Source: Octopus sinensis (Eukaryota). From it: a stretch of DNA of 64,000 nucleotides. The DNA is taken from positions 1 through 64,000 of the forward strand of contig NW_021833891.1 in assembly GCF_006345805.1 (NCBI RefSeq), written 5' to 3'. The translations under genes and the position numbers were made by a program. Shown piece after piece: positions 52,056-64,000 of the stretch (the stretch's first letter is position 1; each line of letters opens with the position of its first letter). The notes under the pieces were generated by a model. It had not been told where the DNA came from. It saw only the letters and a list, made by a program, of their open reading frames with translations, and ran no database searches.

Positions 52056-52550
52056 TTAAGGTCGTGCTAAGCCTTAAACCTCACCTACTGATTAAGGTCA
52101 CACCATGCTATGACCTTTCTCCCACTGGTTTTTTGATTTAAGGTCATATCATGCCATGACCCACACCTAATTTGAGGTCACTTCATGGCATGACTGTCAT
52201 CTACTGATTTAAGGTCACACCATGCGATGACCCCTCACCCACTAATTTTAGGTCATACCATGTCATGACCCTCACTCACTAATTTAAGGTCATGCTATGT
52301 GATGACCCTCACCCAATAATTTAAGGTCATGCTATGCGATGACCCTCACCCACTAATTTTAGGTCATACCATGTCATGACCCTCACTCCCTAATTTAAGG
52401 TCATGCTATGTGATGACCCTCACCCACTAATTTAAGGTCATACTATGTCATGACCCTCACTCACTAATTTGAGGTCACATCATGTTATGAGCTTCACTCC
52501 TTGATTCAAGGTCACACCATGCCATGACCACCATCCACTGATTAAGGTCA
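52056..52550. repeat. 37-bp minisatellite with an internal inverted repeat (TTAAGGTCA-N10-TGACCCTCACCCACTAAT), about 13 units
   Basis: Units start 37 bp apart, e.g. 52284, 52321, 52358, 52395, 52432. Confidence 0.9.
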
Positions 52551-53109
52551 TGGCTGCCATGTAAGCCCAGCCACAAAGTGTGTAAATGAAGTGGGTTATG
52601 TTTATCAGAGATGAAAAGATTATTTTTATGAACCTTCATAATCATACTGTAATGATAACCATATCATAATGATAACAATATCATAATGATAATAATATCG
52701 TAATGATATTGCAACACTTTATGACAATATCAGAGCAAAATAGCAATGAAGTTCTAATTGCAGAAATTACAGCAGTAATAGTAGTTAAGATGTAGTAGTA
52801 ATAGTTGGAACACATAACTCTAACAACAGTTAGCAGTTATACTGAGCTCAGTATGTAACTGGTACTTATTTTATCAACCCTGAAAGGATGAAAGGCAAAG
52901 TTGATCCCAGCAACATTTGAATCCAGAATGTGAACACACAAAATGTCATTTAGCATTTTGGCAGGCATGCTAACAATTCTGTCCGTTTGCTTCTTAGTTA
53001 TAAGAGTAATATTATAGCAGTAAACTGTTCTATCACTGTTATAGCTGTTATCAGTGGTAGAATAATCAAAAGTTTTTTAGCAATTAACTGTTCTGTCACT
53101 GCTGTAGCT

Positions 53110-53507
53110 TTTCTTTTACTTGTTTCAGTCATTTGACTGCGGCCATGCTGGAGCACCGCCTTTAGTCGAGCAAATCGACCCCGGGACTTATTCTTTTGTA
53201 AGCCCAGTACTTATTCTATCGGTCTCTTTTTGCCGAACCGCTAAGTGACGGGGACGTAAACACACCAGCATCGGTTGTCAAGCAATGCTAGGGGGACAAA
53301 CACAGACACACAAGCACACACACATACATATATATACACATATACGACAGGCTTCTTTCAGTTTCCATCTACCAAATCCACTCACAAGGCATTGGTCAGC
53401 CCGAGGCTATAGCAGAAGACACTTGCTCAAGATGTCACGCAGTGGGACTGAACCCGGAACCATGTGGTTGGTTAGCAAGCTACCTACCACATAGCCACTC
53501 CTGCGCC
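53110..53507 (-). mobile_element. SINE family A, full length
   Basis: Matches family A; interrupts the start of the 262-bp array. Confidence 0.9.
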
Positions 53508-53508
53508 T

Positions 53509-54307
53509 GCTGTTAACAGTTTACAGCAATAACAAAAAAGTTAATTGACACCAAACAGAACAGCTATTGTATCACTGTCAAATCGCTGCTATAACTATTA
53601 ACAATTATAAAACAGTTTTATAGCAGCTGTAAAACAGATGTGATATTCTAATACAGTTAACTGTTTTATCAATGCAATCATGTAACAGTTACAAAACAGT
53701 TAAATAATTAGTTACAGGAGCCACATAACAGTTATAGTGTTGCTCTGTTAACTGTTATGTCACTGCTGTAGCTGTTAACAGTTTACAGCAATAACAAAAA
53801 AGTTAATTGACGGCAAACAGAACCGCTATTGTGTCACTGTCAAATCACTGCTATAACTATTAACAATTATAAAACAGTTTTATAGCAGCTGTAAAACAGA
53901 TGTGATATTCTAATACAGTTAACTGTTTTATCAATGCAATCATGTAACAGTTACAAAACAGTTAAATAATTAGTTACAGGAGCCACATAACAGTTATAGT
54001 GTTGCTCTGTTAACTGTTATGTCACTGCTGTAGCTGTTAACAGTTTACAGCAATAACAAAAAAGTTAATTGACGGCAAACAGAACAGCTATTGTGTCACT
54101 GTCAAATCACTGCTATAACTATTAATTATAAAACAGTTAAGTAATACTTATACAGCACATTTATAGCGGCTGTAAAACAGATGTGATATTCTAATACAGT
54201 TAACTGTTTTATCAATGCAAATCATATAACAGTTACAAAACAGTTAGATAATTAGTTACAGGAGCCACATAACAGTTATAGTGTTGCTCTGTTAACTGTT
54301 ATGTCAC
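53509..54307. repeat. 262-bp tandem repeat x3
   Basis: GCTGTTAACAGTTTACAGC at 53509, 53771 and 54033. Confidence 0.92.
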
Positions 54308-55213
54308 TTGTAAATGTACTAGCAGTGATATAACAGGTAATTGTTGAGATATTATAGTTAAATTATGGCAGCTATACGATAGATATAAACCAGTTGGTAA
54401 ATCTAAGTATCACTGCCATAACAGTGACAATAGTTAGAAGTTGCATTGCAGATCACATAGAGTAGAACAGGAGTACTTGGCTAAGCCTAGGTTCACTTTA
54501 AATACTGAGTGAATTCTGAAACAGCAATCATAACTGAAGTCAGTGAAAAACCAGAATACAGTGTTGAAATAACCAAATAACTGAGGAGAAAGGTGAGGCC
54601 AGTAAAACATGACAAAGAAGTCTCTTATTGCTCAATCTGATACAAATCTTACATTATAAAAGAGAAGCTGGTCTCTGTCTGTCCATCACATCTGTGACAG
54701 ATAAGGAAGAAGAGAAGGAATCAAAAGGGGAGATAACCCTTGTCACATTATAGATGTAGAAGGGGAGGGGAAAATATAGTTGAGAGAGAAATATAGTGTG
54801 AGAAAGAAAGAGAGAGAGGGAGTGTGTGAAAGATAAACTGATAGGTAGTGTTGTCACCATAGCAACTAACAAGTTTTCAAAAACAGGAATTTTAAGTGCA
54901 AGTCTGTCATCACAATGCAACATATATTTAAAAAAAACTGCATTTATGAAGGAACGTGCATGATTAACAAATAATTTTACCAGTGGCATAGTGACAGGCA
55001 ATGGCCAAGATGTATTTAAATCTCACTCAAATCAAGACACTCTGACTGGAATGGTCTTTGATAGCTGGGACTGTTATAACAATAATTATAACAGTTAACA
55101 GCAACAGCAGTAATAGAACAGTTAACGGTTATAATATTTATTGTTAGAAATAGTTAACTCGTCTAACTATCAAAGTTAAACATTAACAGTTACAACTGAT
55201 GTATACTCTAGAC

Positions 55214-55410
55214 CAGTGCTTTTCAACCTTTTTGCTGGAGCGGAACCCCAAGGAAACATTCCCCTAGCTCGAGGAACCCCTGTGCAATAATTTGTCTTAT
55301 GCACACATATCTGCACAGGAGAATTAAAAATTACAGCTGATTTTAGCAGTTTTGTAACTTCTTGCGGAACCCCTGGACTGTACTGGCGGAACCCTGGTTG
55401 AAAACCACTG
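55214..55410. mobile_element. hAT-type MITE
   Basis: TIRs CAGTGCTTTTCAACC / GGTTGAAAACCACTG, subterminal GCGGAACCC repeats; left flank CTCTAGAC fits the hAT-Charlie target but the right TSD is not preserved. Confidence 0.8.
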
Positions 55411-56198
55411 TAGCTCTTACCATTTAATACTGAGTGAATATAAAACAGTTATAGCAGGGATATTGTGGTACAGTCAGTTGGTCTCACAATCAGTTATAGT
55501 AGTAATAGTAAGCAGTAGTGAAAATAGTTATAGCATAATAGTTGGACTGTTTGTTTGTGTGTGTGTGTAGGCTCAAACATGGTTGTGTTGTCAAGAAGAT
55601 CGCTGTGCAACCCTGTTTAGGGTTCAGTCCTACTGCACAGCACTTTGGGCGAGTGTTTTCTACTGTAGACCTGAGTGGAGGTGCGTGGCTTAGTGGTTAG
55701 GGTGTTGGACTCATGATTGTAAGATTGTGGTTTTGATCCCTGCGACGGATGATGTGTTGTGTCCTTGAGCAAAACACTTCATTTCATGTTGTTCCAGTCC
55801 ATAAATGAGTAATTCTGTGACAGACTGGAGTCCCAGCCAGGTGGGGGACATATATGCCATGGACACCAGGAAACCCTATGAGTCCGCATGACTCAAGATG
55901 GTAGCTTTATCCACATTTACCTTACTATAAGTCCTGAACCAACCAAAGCCTTGTGAGTAGACTACAAGGTGTTGGTCAGTCTGGGGCTAAAGTAGAAGGC
56001 AGAAAATGTTTGAAAGCTTGTCATACATATAATGTGTGTGTGTCCTTGTCTGGCCAACTGCCTGATGACCAGTGTTGGTTTGTTTACATCTCCATAACTT
56101 AGTGGTTCAGCAAAAGAAACTGATAGCATAAGTACCAGATTTAAAAAGAAAAAGTCCTTGTGTTGATTCATTGGACTAAACTTTTCAAGGTGGTCTGA

Positions 56199-56246
<48 letters not shown>

Positions 56247-56392
56247 AATGTAACACACGTGTGTATTCAAGGGAGAGTATATCAGCATCTGAAGCAACCT
56301 GTGAATATTTGAGACAGGTATCTGTATCAGTGTATATTACACAATGGATACATGTATGTGTGTATGTATATAATCATATACACATGTACACC

Positions 56393-56426
<34 letters not shown>

Positions 56427-57861
56427 TGTACACATTACTCCCATAGCCTACAATCCATTTAATATACTTCTATACAGTCTAAATTTATATTTTCAAGTAA
56501 CAAATCATTAATAATATTAATACTTGTATATCAATAATTAGTTCTAAAATTACAGACGTTTATTGAATGGGCACAAGGCCAGCAATATAAGAGGAAGGCA
56601 TGAGGTTAGTGAATAACAACATGCCCATACTTGAAAGGTACTTTAGTTTATTGACCTTTGAAAAGATGAAAAGTTAGGTTAACCTTAATGGAATTATTGT
56701 ATGTGTATTTACTATAGGGAGTGCATTTGTTAACCATATTATTTTTTTGTGTCACTATTATTTCATGCTGAGCAGAGGAATCCCAGAAGATCGACAGTGA
56801 AGATCACCAAGAGACCTCAACAATTATGGAAAGTAGTGAGCTACTTTCACTTTCTCCGTGGATTTTCCATTTATGTTCATTTCTGTCATATTGATAAGAA
56901 AAAAATATAGTGTGATAGTGGGTGTATCGGTATTTTGTAAATACTTCATGGAGTGATGACCATACCCAGCATAGTTACTGGGTACCCTTTGGCAAAGTAT
57001 AGCATCCATTCAGCCACCCTGCCAGGGATATGACGAGTTCACGGGACTGCAGCATGATGGATTGTGAAGAGGTAGCAGAAGAGCTCAACTTATCGAATGG
57101 TGTTTCTTACATTGATGTCGAGCAGAGGAATCCCAGAAGATCGACAGTCAAGTTCACCAAGCTCTGTCAAGAGAGTAATTGCAATGTATCCATAGGAGTG
57201 GTATCCAAGGTTGTGCAGTCAGCTAATAAAAGATTCACCATGACTCAAGCTCCCAAATCAAATTCATAATAATGGAATCGGATGGCAACAGAGTCCTGAG
57301 AATCCACAAAAGCAGTGAAAAAAAGAATTGTGATGTAATAAACTATGTTTTAAAAAGGGAGGGAAAACAGTAAACTTTTATAACAAATTTAGAATTAATT
57401 TAACAACAGAACGACTGATTAGAAACATTTTTTGCATTGTCTTTATGGTTAGATTTTAAACTGAAGCAAGAAGCAAGATATCTAAGAGAAATATTTTTCA
57501 TAATTTATAATTTAATTTTGCAATTTTATCTGTTTGATTTATGTTGCAGATTTCTTGAGAAATGAACTAATTTCTGAACTACCTGAATTTTAAACATATA
57601 TATATATATAATTTACAAAATTTAGAAATTTCTATCAGTTTGTTTTGAGACACATAAATTATAATGGTTATTGACAATTTTGTCCTTTTTTTCGGCATAT
57701 TTGGCATTAGAATTTTTCTTTTGCCCTTATTTTGTAAATTATTTATAAATTTAACCTTTAAAGTTATTTTTTGATATGCTGGCCATTGATAAAATTTTTT
57801 TCTCGAAAGAAAAAAAAAAAAAAATTTTATCCTACATTAGTTACATATATATATATTATAT

Positions 57862-57905
<44 letters not shown>

Positions 57906-58439
57906 TTCTTGGGGGAAAATGTTCTTTCTTAACTTGTTTTGTAATTATTAAGAAGTACACCTCAATGATTATGGAATGTAGTGTGCTACTTTCACTTTGT
58001 CCATGGATTTTCCATTTATGTTCATTTCTGCCAAATTGATAAGAAAAAAAAAAATATATATATTGCATTGTCTAAATATTTTATAGATTTGCTATTTCAT
58101 GACAGAAATCCAGGACAAATACTGCAAAGCATTTTAACTAGTTCTGTCAATCTACCAACCAATTATAATAATAAATATTGACATTAATAGACACAGGCAT
58201 GGCTGTGTAGTTAAGAAGATTGTTTCCTAATCATGTGACCTTGGGTTCAGTCCCATCGTGTGACACCTTGAGTAAGTGTCTGCTATATTTCTGGTCTGAC
58301 ACAAAACCTTGTGAGTAGATTTGCTAGATGGAAACTGAAATAAGCCTGTCATGGTCCGACCCATGCTAGCATGGAAAGCAGACGCTAAACGATGATGATG
58401 ATGATGTGTGTGTATGTGTGTATGTGGATCCTTGTTTAA

Positions 58440-58658
58440 CCCTTTAGCATTTAAACCGGCCATATCCGGCCCAAATATGCTTCCTGTTTTATGTTCTAAC
58501 CATCCAGATCAAGCCTATCATACCTACCCTTCAATGCCATAATAAAATATACAGTCACATCATCAAAATTTCAAGGCTGCAAAACAGTGCAGGATTAATT
58601 AAAAACAGTTTGAATCGAAAAGTGTTACTTTTGACAGAATACTCTGAATGCTAAAGGG
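58440..58658. mobile_element. piggyBac-type MITE
   Basis: TTAA|CCCTTTAGCATT...AATGCTAAAGGG|TTAA. Confidence 0.85.
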
Positions 58659-59852
58659 TTAAGTATCGTGATGTTTGTAAATGAGCATCACTGTCATATA
58701 AGTGGGGTTGTTCATTTCCAGTTTTCTGTGAAAAACATGTCTAGCCATGGGAAAACATTACCTTATTTGGAAACAGGTGAGGGCTGGTGACAGGAAGGGC
58801 ATCTGGACATACAAAAATCTGCCTCAACAGATTCTCTCTGATCCATGCAAGCAAGGAAATGTGATGATGAATGACTGATGGAGGAGAGGCAGGTTTGTTA
58901 CACATTCCTACCAACAACAACAACAACAACAGCACCAATCCTGCTCCAAGATTTCCCCTTCTGCTACAATTGAGGATCTGATAGGGGTTTCGAAAAAATA
59001 AACAGTAGAGAGATAGATGTTCTTGTCTGTGTTTTTTTTCTTCTTTCTTCGTTTTTTTCAAACTCTCAAATATCAGAATAAAGGAATAAAAATACTGACA
59101 GACATCAGGTATCAGCCGTCTCCGTCAGACACCAGAAAGCTCGGAAAGAATGTATAAACAAACAGAGAAATATTACAAAAAGATACAAGGATGGAAAATG
59201 AAGAAAATAAAAACTGAAAAAAAAAAAGAAAAAGAAAAACCAAAAAAAAAACAACAAATAATAAAAAAAAAAGAGAGAGTAAGTGAAGCTTTCAAACAGA
59301 AAGCAGTAAGGAGAAATGTTTTGAAAAAGTACCTTTTATTTACAGAAATATACAAATATATTCACGATATCAAGATTGTTGCTGTGACCCTGTCAAGGGG
59401 GACAAACTGTCTTCCGTCTCCTTTAAAGGAGTTGCGGGGGAGACATTTACACAAACCAACTGAACAGAAGGAGGAGGAGGAGTAAAATAAAGTTGTAACG
59501 CAAATCAAACTTAAACCCTGAAAGACAAAAATGAAGTTTATTATATGTTTTTTTGTGTGTGTGTTTGTGTATATTTTTTTGTGTGTGCGTGTGGTGGTGT
59601 CCATGCTGTGTAAATGTATGCGAGAGGTGTTCATGAACGTCCATGTGCATGTGTGTGTGTGTGTGTGTGCATGTGTGTGTGTTACACGTGTTTAGTTTGG
59701 TTGGTTCATTTGTTTAGTTATTTGACATGATTATAACCGATGCCACAGAAGTGCAGAGCACAAATGTTGCAGTGAAGTGCATTAATGGTGCCTGTACATA
59801 ACATGCACAACTACACTTGCTCAATGTCTTATGTATGTATACATACACAACG

Positions 59853-59897
<45 letters not shown>

Positions 59898-59948
59898 GTA
59901 TATATATATATGTGTGTATATATATATGTGTGTATATATGTATATATG

Positions 59949-60021
<73 letters not shown>

Positions 60022-60130
60022 GAAGCATGTAGCTTCAACCGTGTTTTTCTGACGTGAATTTGCTACCGGGTACCGGTTAACCGAATTATCCATACTAGGA
60101 TAATTCATTCAACTACTTAAATATATATAA

Positions 60131-60163
<33 letters not shown>

Positions 60164-63100
60164 GTGTGTGTGTGGTGTGTGCTATGGCTACCACTCCAGA
60201 ACCGTCTTCTCAATCACATAAACAAGAGACCGAAAGCTATTGACCTGGGCTATATATTTATATATATATGTGTATGTAAACTTGAATCAAATACACTTCT
60301 GAATTTCCATGCATGTATCACGGTAACTGAGGGAAATGTTGAAAGCAGGCATACCTCCCTCATGTCCAGAAACTTTTTGATTCTGAAAACATAACAGGAA
60401 CTGTTCTGATATCAGCAGACCCTTATTTTCTGGTCAGACATGGAACAAAGTGACTTGATTCAAGAAGTTTTGCAGTGGCACGCAAATGGTTCAATGACTA
60501 TTTTTTTTTAAGAGAATGTAGGTAATTATTAGGTTACTAGAGAAGTTTCGTTTCACATTTGTTTTGAACCATCATCTGTAAGGGGGGGGAGAGCATGGAG
60601 AGCTTCTTACTCTATCTTGGACCAATGAAAGGCAAGCTTCTTTTACAAAGGGTAGCGAGAGTACCAATAGAGATTAATGGTCAACAATCCAGCCGACTGG
60701 CATGGTGGTATGCAACCAAATTTTGGAATGATTACGATGAGATAACACAAATATTGCTATTGAGGAAATAGGTATTGACTTCCACAAGAAGGAAGATTCT
60801 TCAGTTTTAACTATAATAGAAATATTAAAACTAAGGGTTGGGGTTTATAATCTGCTCACAGAACATTGCAGGTCACTCATGGTGAAGAATTTCTTAATTT
60901 AGGTCTCTTTTAAATTGAGATTTGTCAATTAATTATGAAATTCATTTTGACTAGGAACTTGTAGTTCCTGGTCAAGAAACACTTCAAGTTTTACCTGACA
61001 GCTTATTCAACCAGTCGAACAAAACTTAAAGTCCCAGCTAAAATAAATTTTATAATTAAATTTAATTACTTTCAGTTTTTAGTCACCCATTGGTAAATGT
61101 TCTGTTGTTTTTCTTAAACTTGCTTTAAAATAATATCCTTAAAGTAAGATATACAGATTAAAAATTTCAAAGAGCAATAGATAGGGGCTGTGGGAGAGGT
61201 CACCAAAAGTAGAGATGCTTTGACTAGAAACTATGTTTTCAATATCTCCATTCAGCCAGGTCACCGTTGCAAGAAAAACCACCAGCAAATTGGTAAAATG
61301 CAACACATCAAAAGAGGTAGAGGATGGTCTTTAGGCAGCACTATCTGCAGCACCAGGCTTGGCTGATCACTGCACACAAACTGCATCAGCCCTATATCTA
61401 AGTTATTCTACAATCAGCAGAGGGATTAGCAAGCAGTAGAGGTGAAAGACTTTGTGAAGGAGGATAGCAATCAATAGTCTCAAATGGAAAACCACTACAT
61501 CAAGATGCGGTGTGTATATTGGCTGAATTACAAACCTTTATTGAAGCAAATTAGTTAGAAAGTCATTATAAATATATATATAGACAGATACTCCTTGGGA
61601 TATCCTTGTGGTTTAGAGAGTCACTTCACAGCCACATGGCACTGGGTTTTATCTCTTTAATGGTAGTCTCAAATTGCTTTTTGGGTGGAACTTAGTAGAC
61701 GGAAACTGTGCAGAAGCCTGTTGTGTATGTGTGTTTGTTTTCATGTATACCAGTGTAAAACTGTGCATCGAGTTGCATCCCTTTATATTAAAAGGTAACT
61801 TAGCCATTTGATAAATAGAGATCGATAAAATAAGTATCAGGCTGATAATAATAAGTGCTGAGGTTGATAAGATCAACTAAAAGCCCAGCATGGCCGCAGT
61901 CGAATGGCTGTAGCCTGTAAAAGAGCACACACACACATACACACACAAACACACACACACACATAATCGTGTGTATAGAAGAACAAATATACATATATGT
62001 TATGCATATGTACATAAGTGTGTGTGAGTGTATGTGCATATGTGTGTGTGCACATGTGTATGCGTGAGTGTGTGTATATGTTTTTTTTTATATATATATA
62101 TCAATATGTAGTATATAGTGTAACTCATACTGGGATAAGAGAAAAAAAAAACAATATACAAAACAAAAAAAGGATCATCATAATAAAAAAATAATAGTAA
62201 TAAAAGAGAAAAAAAATGAACAGTGCTGATTAAAATGGTAAAGACTAATAGCAGACTGGAATCTAAATAATAATAATAATAATAATAATAATAAACAAGA
62301 TACAGTGTAAGGTGGGGAAAGGGTGCAATAGATAAATAGGAATAAAGAATAAAGACAAAAACAAAATGTATAGATAGGTTCAAATAATTAAATTGAAAAA
62401 AAAAAAAAATTTTTCTTCTTAAAGAATATTTGAAATTTTAGTATTTTCCTCTTTTTTTTAAAAAAAAAAATTTTCTTTTCTCAACCACTGAATATCAGGC
62501 AAATATTCTATCATCATCGTCATCATCATCATCGATGACAATACACACGTACACACAAGTCCTTGTCCACCTGGTATGTCTAGTGGTGGTGAAGATATTT
62601 TGAAGTGAGCAGTGTTGTATTGAGTCCCACTTGTACCCTCGGGACCAACCAAAGGAGGTTCTCCTCTGGGGGTCAAGATCCGAATGGCTAAGGAAGAACA
62701 GCAGCCAAATCAGCCTCACATTGTATACACCCTTACTGTTTTAAAACAAACGTAAAAATGTTTTAAAAAATAATAATAATAATAAAAAGAAATAAGGATG
62801 ATGTATTTGATATTATTGTATTGGAATCAACTAAAAATAAAAGCAAAACAGACCAGACCAGATGGATGGCCATGGGTGGAAGAAGAAACATTTTTTATCA
62901 TAAGTCTGCTTATTCAGGGTTGATCAACAACACACACATACATGTGTGTGTGTGACTCTTCACTATCATCAAGAAAAGGAGAGAGGGAAAATGAGTTTCA
63001 ATTCCAGCAAAAAGAAAATTACCAAAACCAAAAGTGAAAAAAAAAAAAACAAACAAACAATTCTCATTTTGAAGAGAAACAAAGATTAAAAACAGACAGA

Positions 63101-64000
63101 AAACAAAGAAAATACAAAATAAAAAATATTAAAAAAAACAAAAAAAAAACAACCAGATCCAGATATGAAATAAATTAATGATTCTGTTGACTTTTTTTTT
63201 TTTACACACATGGATGTTATGAGTTTTGTTTCTTTTTTTAATTACAATATAATAATTAATTAGTTTGGCGTTCATTATACAATTTTGAAATATCTTTTTT
63301 TTTCTTTTCAGTACATGTGTTTTTTTTCTTTCTTTCTTTCTCCCCACCCAAGTTTTTTTTTTTTTTACAACTTTTCTTTGTAATCCCACTCCATTCATCA
63401 CCCTTGTTACAAATAAAAACTAATCATTATTATTATTATTATAAGTATTTAAAAAAAAAAGAAAGAAAACAGAAAAAGAAGAAATATAACATTTAAAAAA
63501 AAAACAAAAAAAAAAGAAGTAAAAATACAAAGAAATTTTTTTTCCCTTAATTTCCAGCCATGAAAATGGTTTATTTTGCTGTAATATTTTGTTATATTTT
63601 GACTAGGCACATGACCACATGAAAGTGGTGGCGGCGGTGGCAGCAGCGGCAGTGGAGGTGATGGGGGTATGTGGAAGGGGGTGGGTAGGATGGGGGTATA
63701 ATTGATTGATTGATTGATCTGATTTGATTAGATAAGATTTGGTTTTTTTGAGTTGATGAGCCCAGATTACTGAGATATTACTGGTATCAGAAAGCTTATT
63801 TTCTTTTCATTCCTCGTTTCATTCATACATGTACGCACGCATGCAACAGTTTCTCACACCCAAAACCCAAACAAAAGCTAAAAAATATTTCAAAAAATTT
63901 TTTTTCAAAAAGATTAAAAAAAAAAAAGAAAAGAAGATAATAAAATTGATCTGCACAAGATCAATAACACCAAATACAATAAAACAGCAAATAGCAAAGC

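Noticed and set aside
52056-52550. CRISPR-like look of the 37-bp palindromic array (and the 21-bp array at 43987)
   Set aside because: No unique spacers, units are wholly related, no cas genes, eukaryotic context.
59150-59485. Lysine-rich 111-aa ORF
   Set aside because: Produced by A-rich low-complexity sequence; no splice or domain support.
60280-61520. Higher-complexity stretch that may be an old LINE
   Set aside because: No diagnostic RT or endonuclease motif could be read by eye; needs a profile search.
2846-62383. Many YIYI/MYVC/HTHT/LSIY/poly-L/I/Y ORFs in the ORF track
   Set aside because: They are translations of TA, TATG, CA, GATA and ATT microsatellites, not genes.

Overview
AT-rich, microsatellite-dense eukaryotic DNA whose repeat content looks like an octopod cephalopod (inferred from the SINE families, not confirmed). 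The only host gene I can support is the last two coding exons of a divergent fibrinogen-related-domain (FReD) protein (+ strand, 12284-12678 and 15566-15898). The rest is mostly mobile DNA: at least four tRNA-headed SINE families (several with clean TSDs), LINE fragments (RTE, CR1-group, R4/Dong), decayed Penelope-like elements (PLEs), a head-to-tail pair of composite Helitrons, hAT-, piggyBac- and other MITEs, and minisatellites. The most notable signal is a set of non-coding elements carrying type I hammerhead ribozyme (HHR) cores: a ~600-bp tandem/inverted array with an HHR core in each unit (40260-43130), a ~395-bp palindrome with a canonical HHR on each strand (26347-26742), and a TSD-flanked foldback element joining a tRNA-like head to an HHR tail (23143-23675). 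All calls come from manual reading; no alignment, folding or database search was run, and repeat boundaries are approximate unless fixed by a TSD or splice site.
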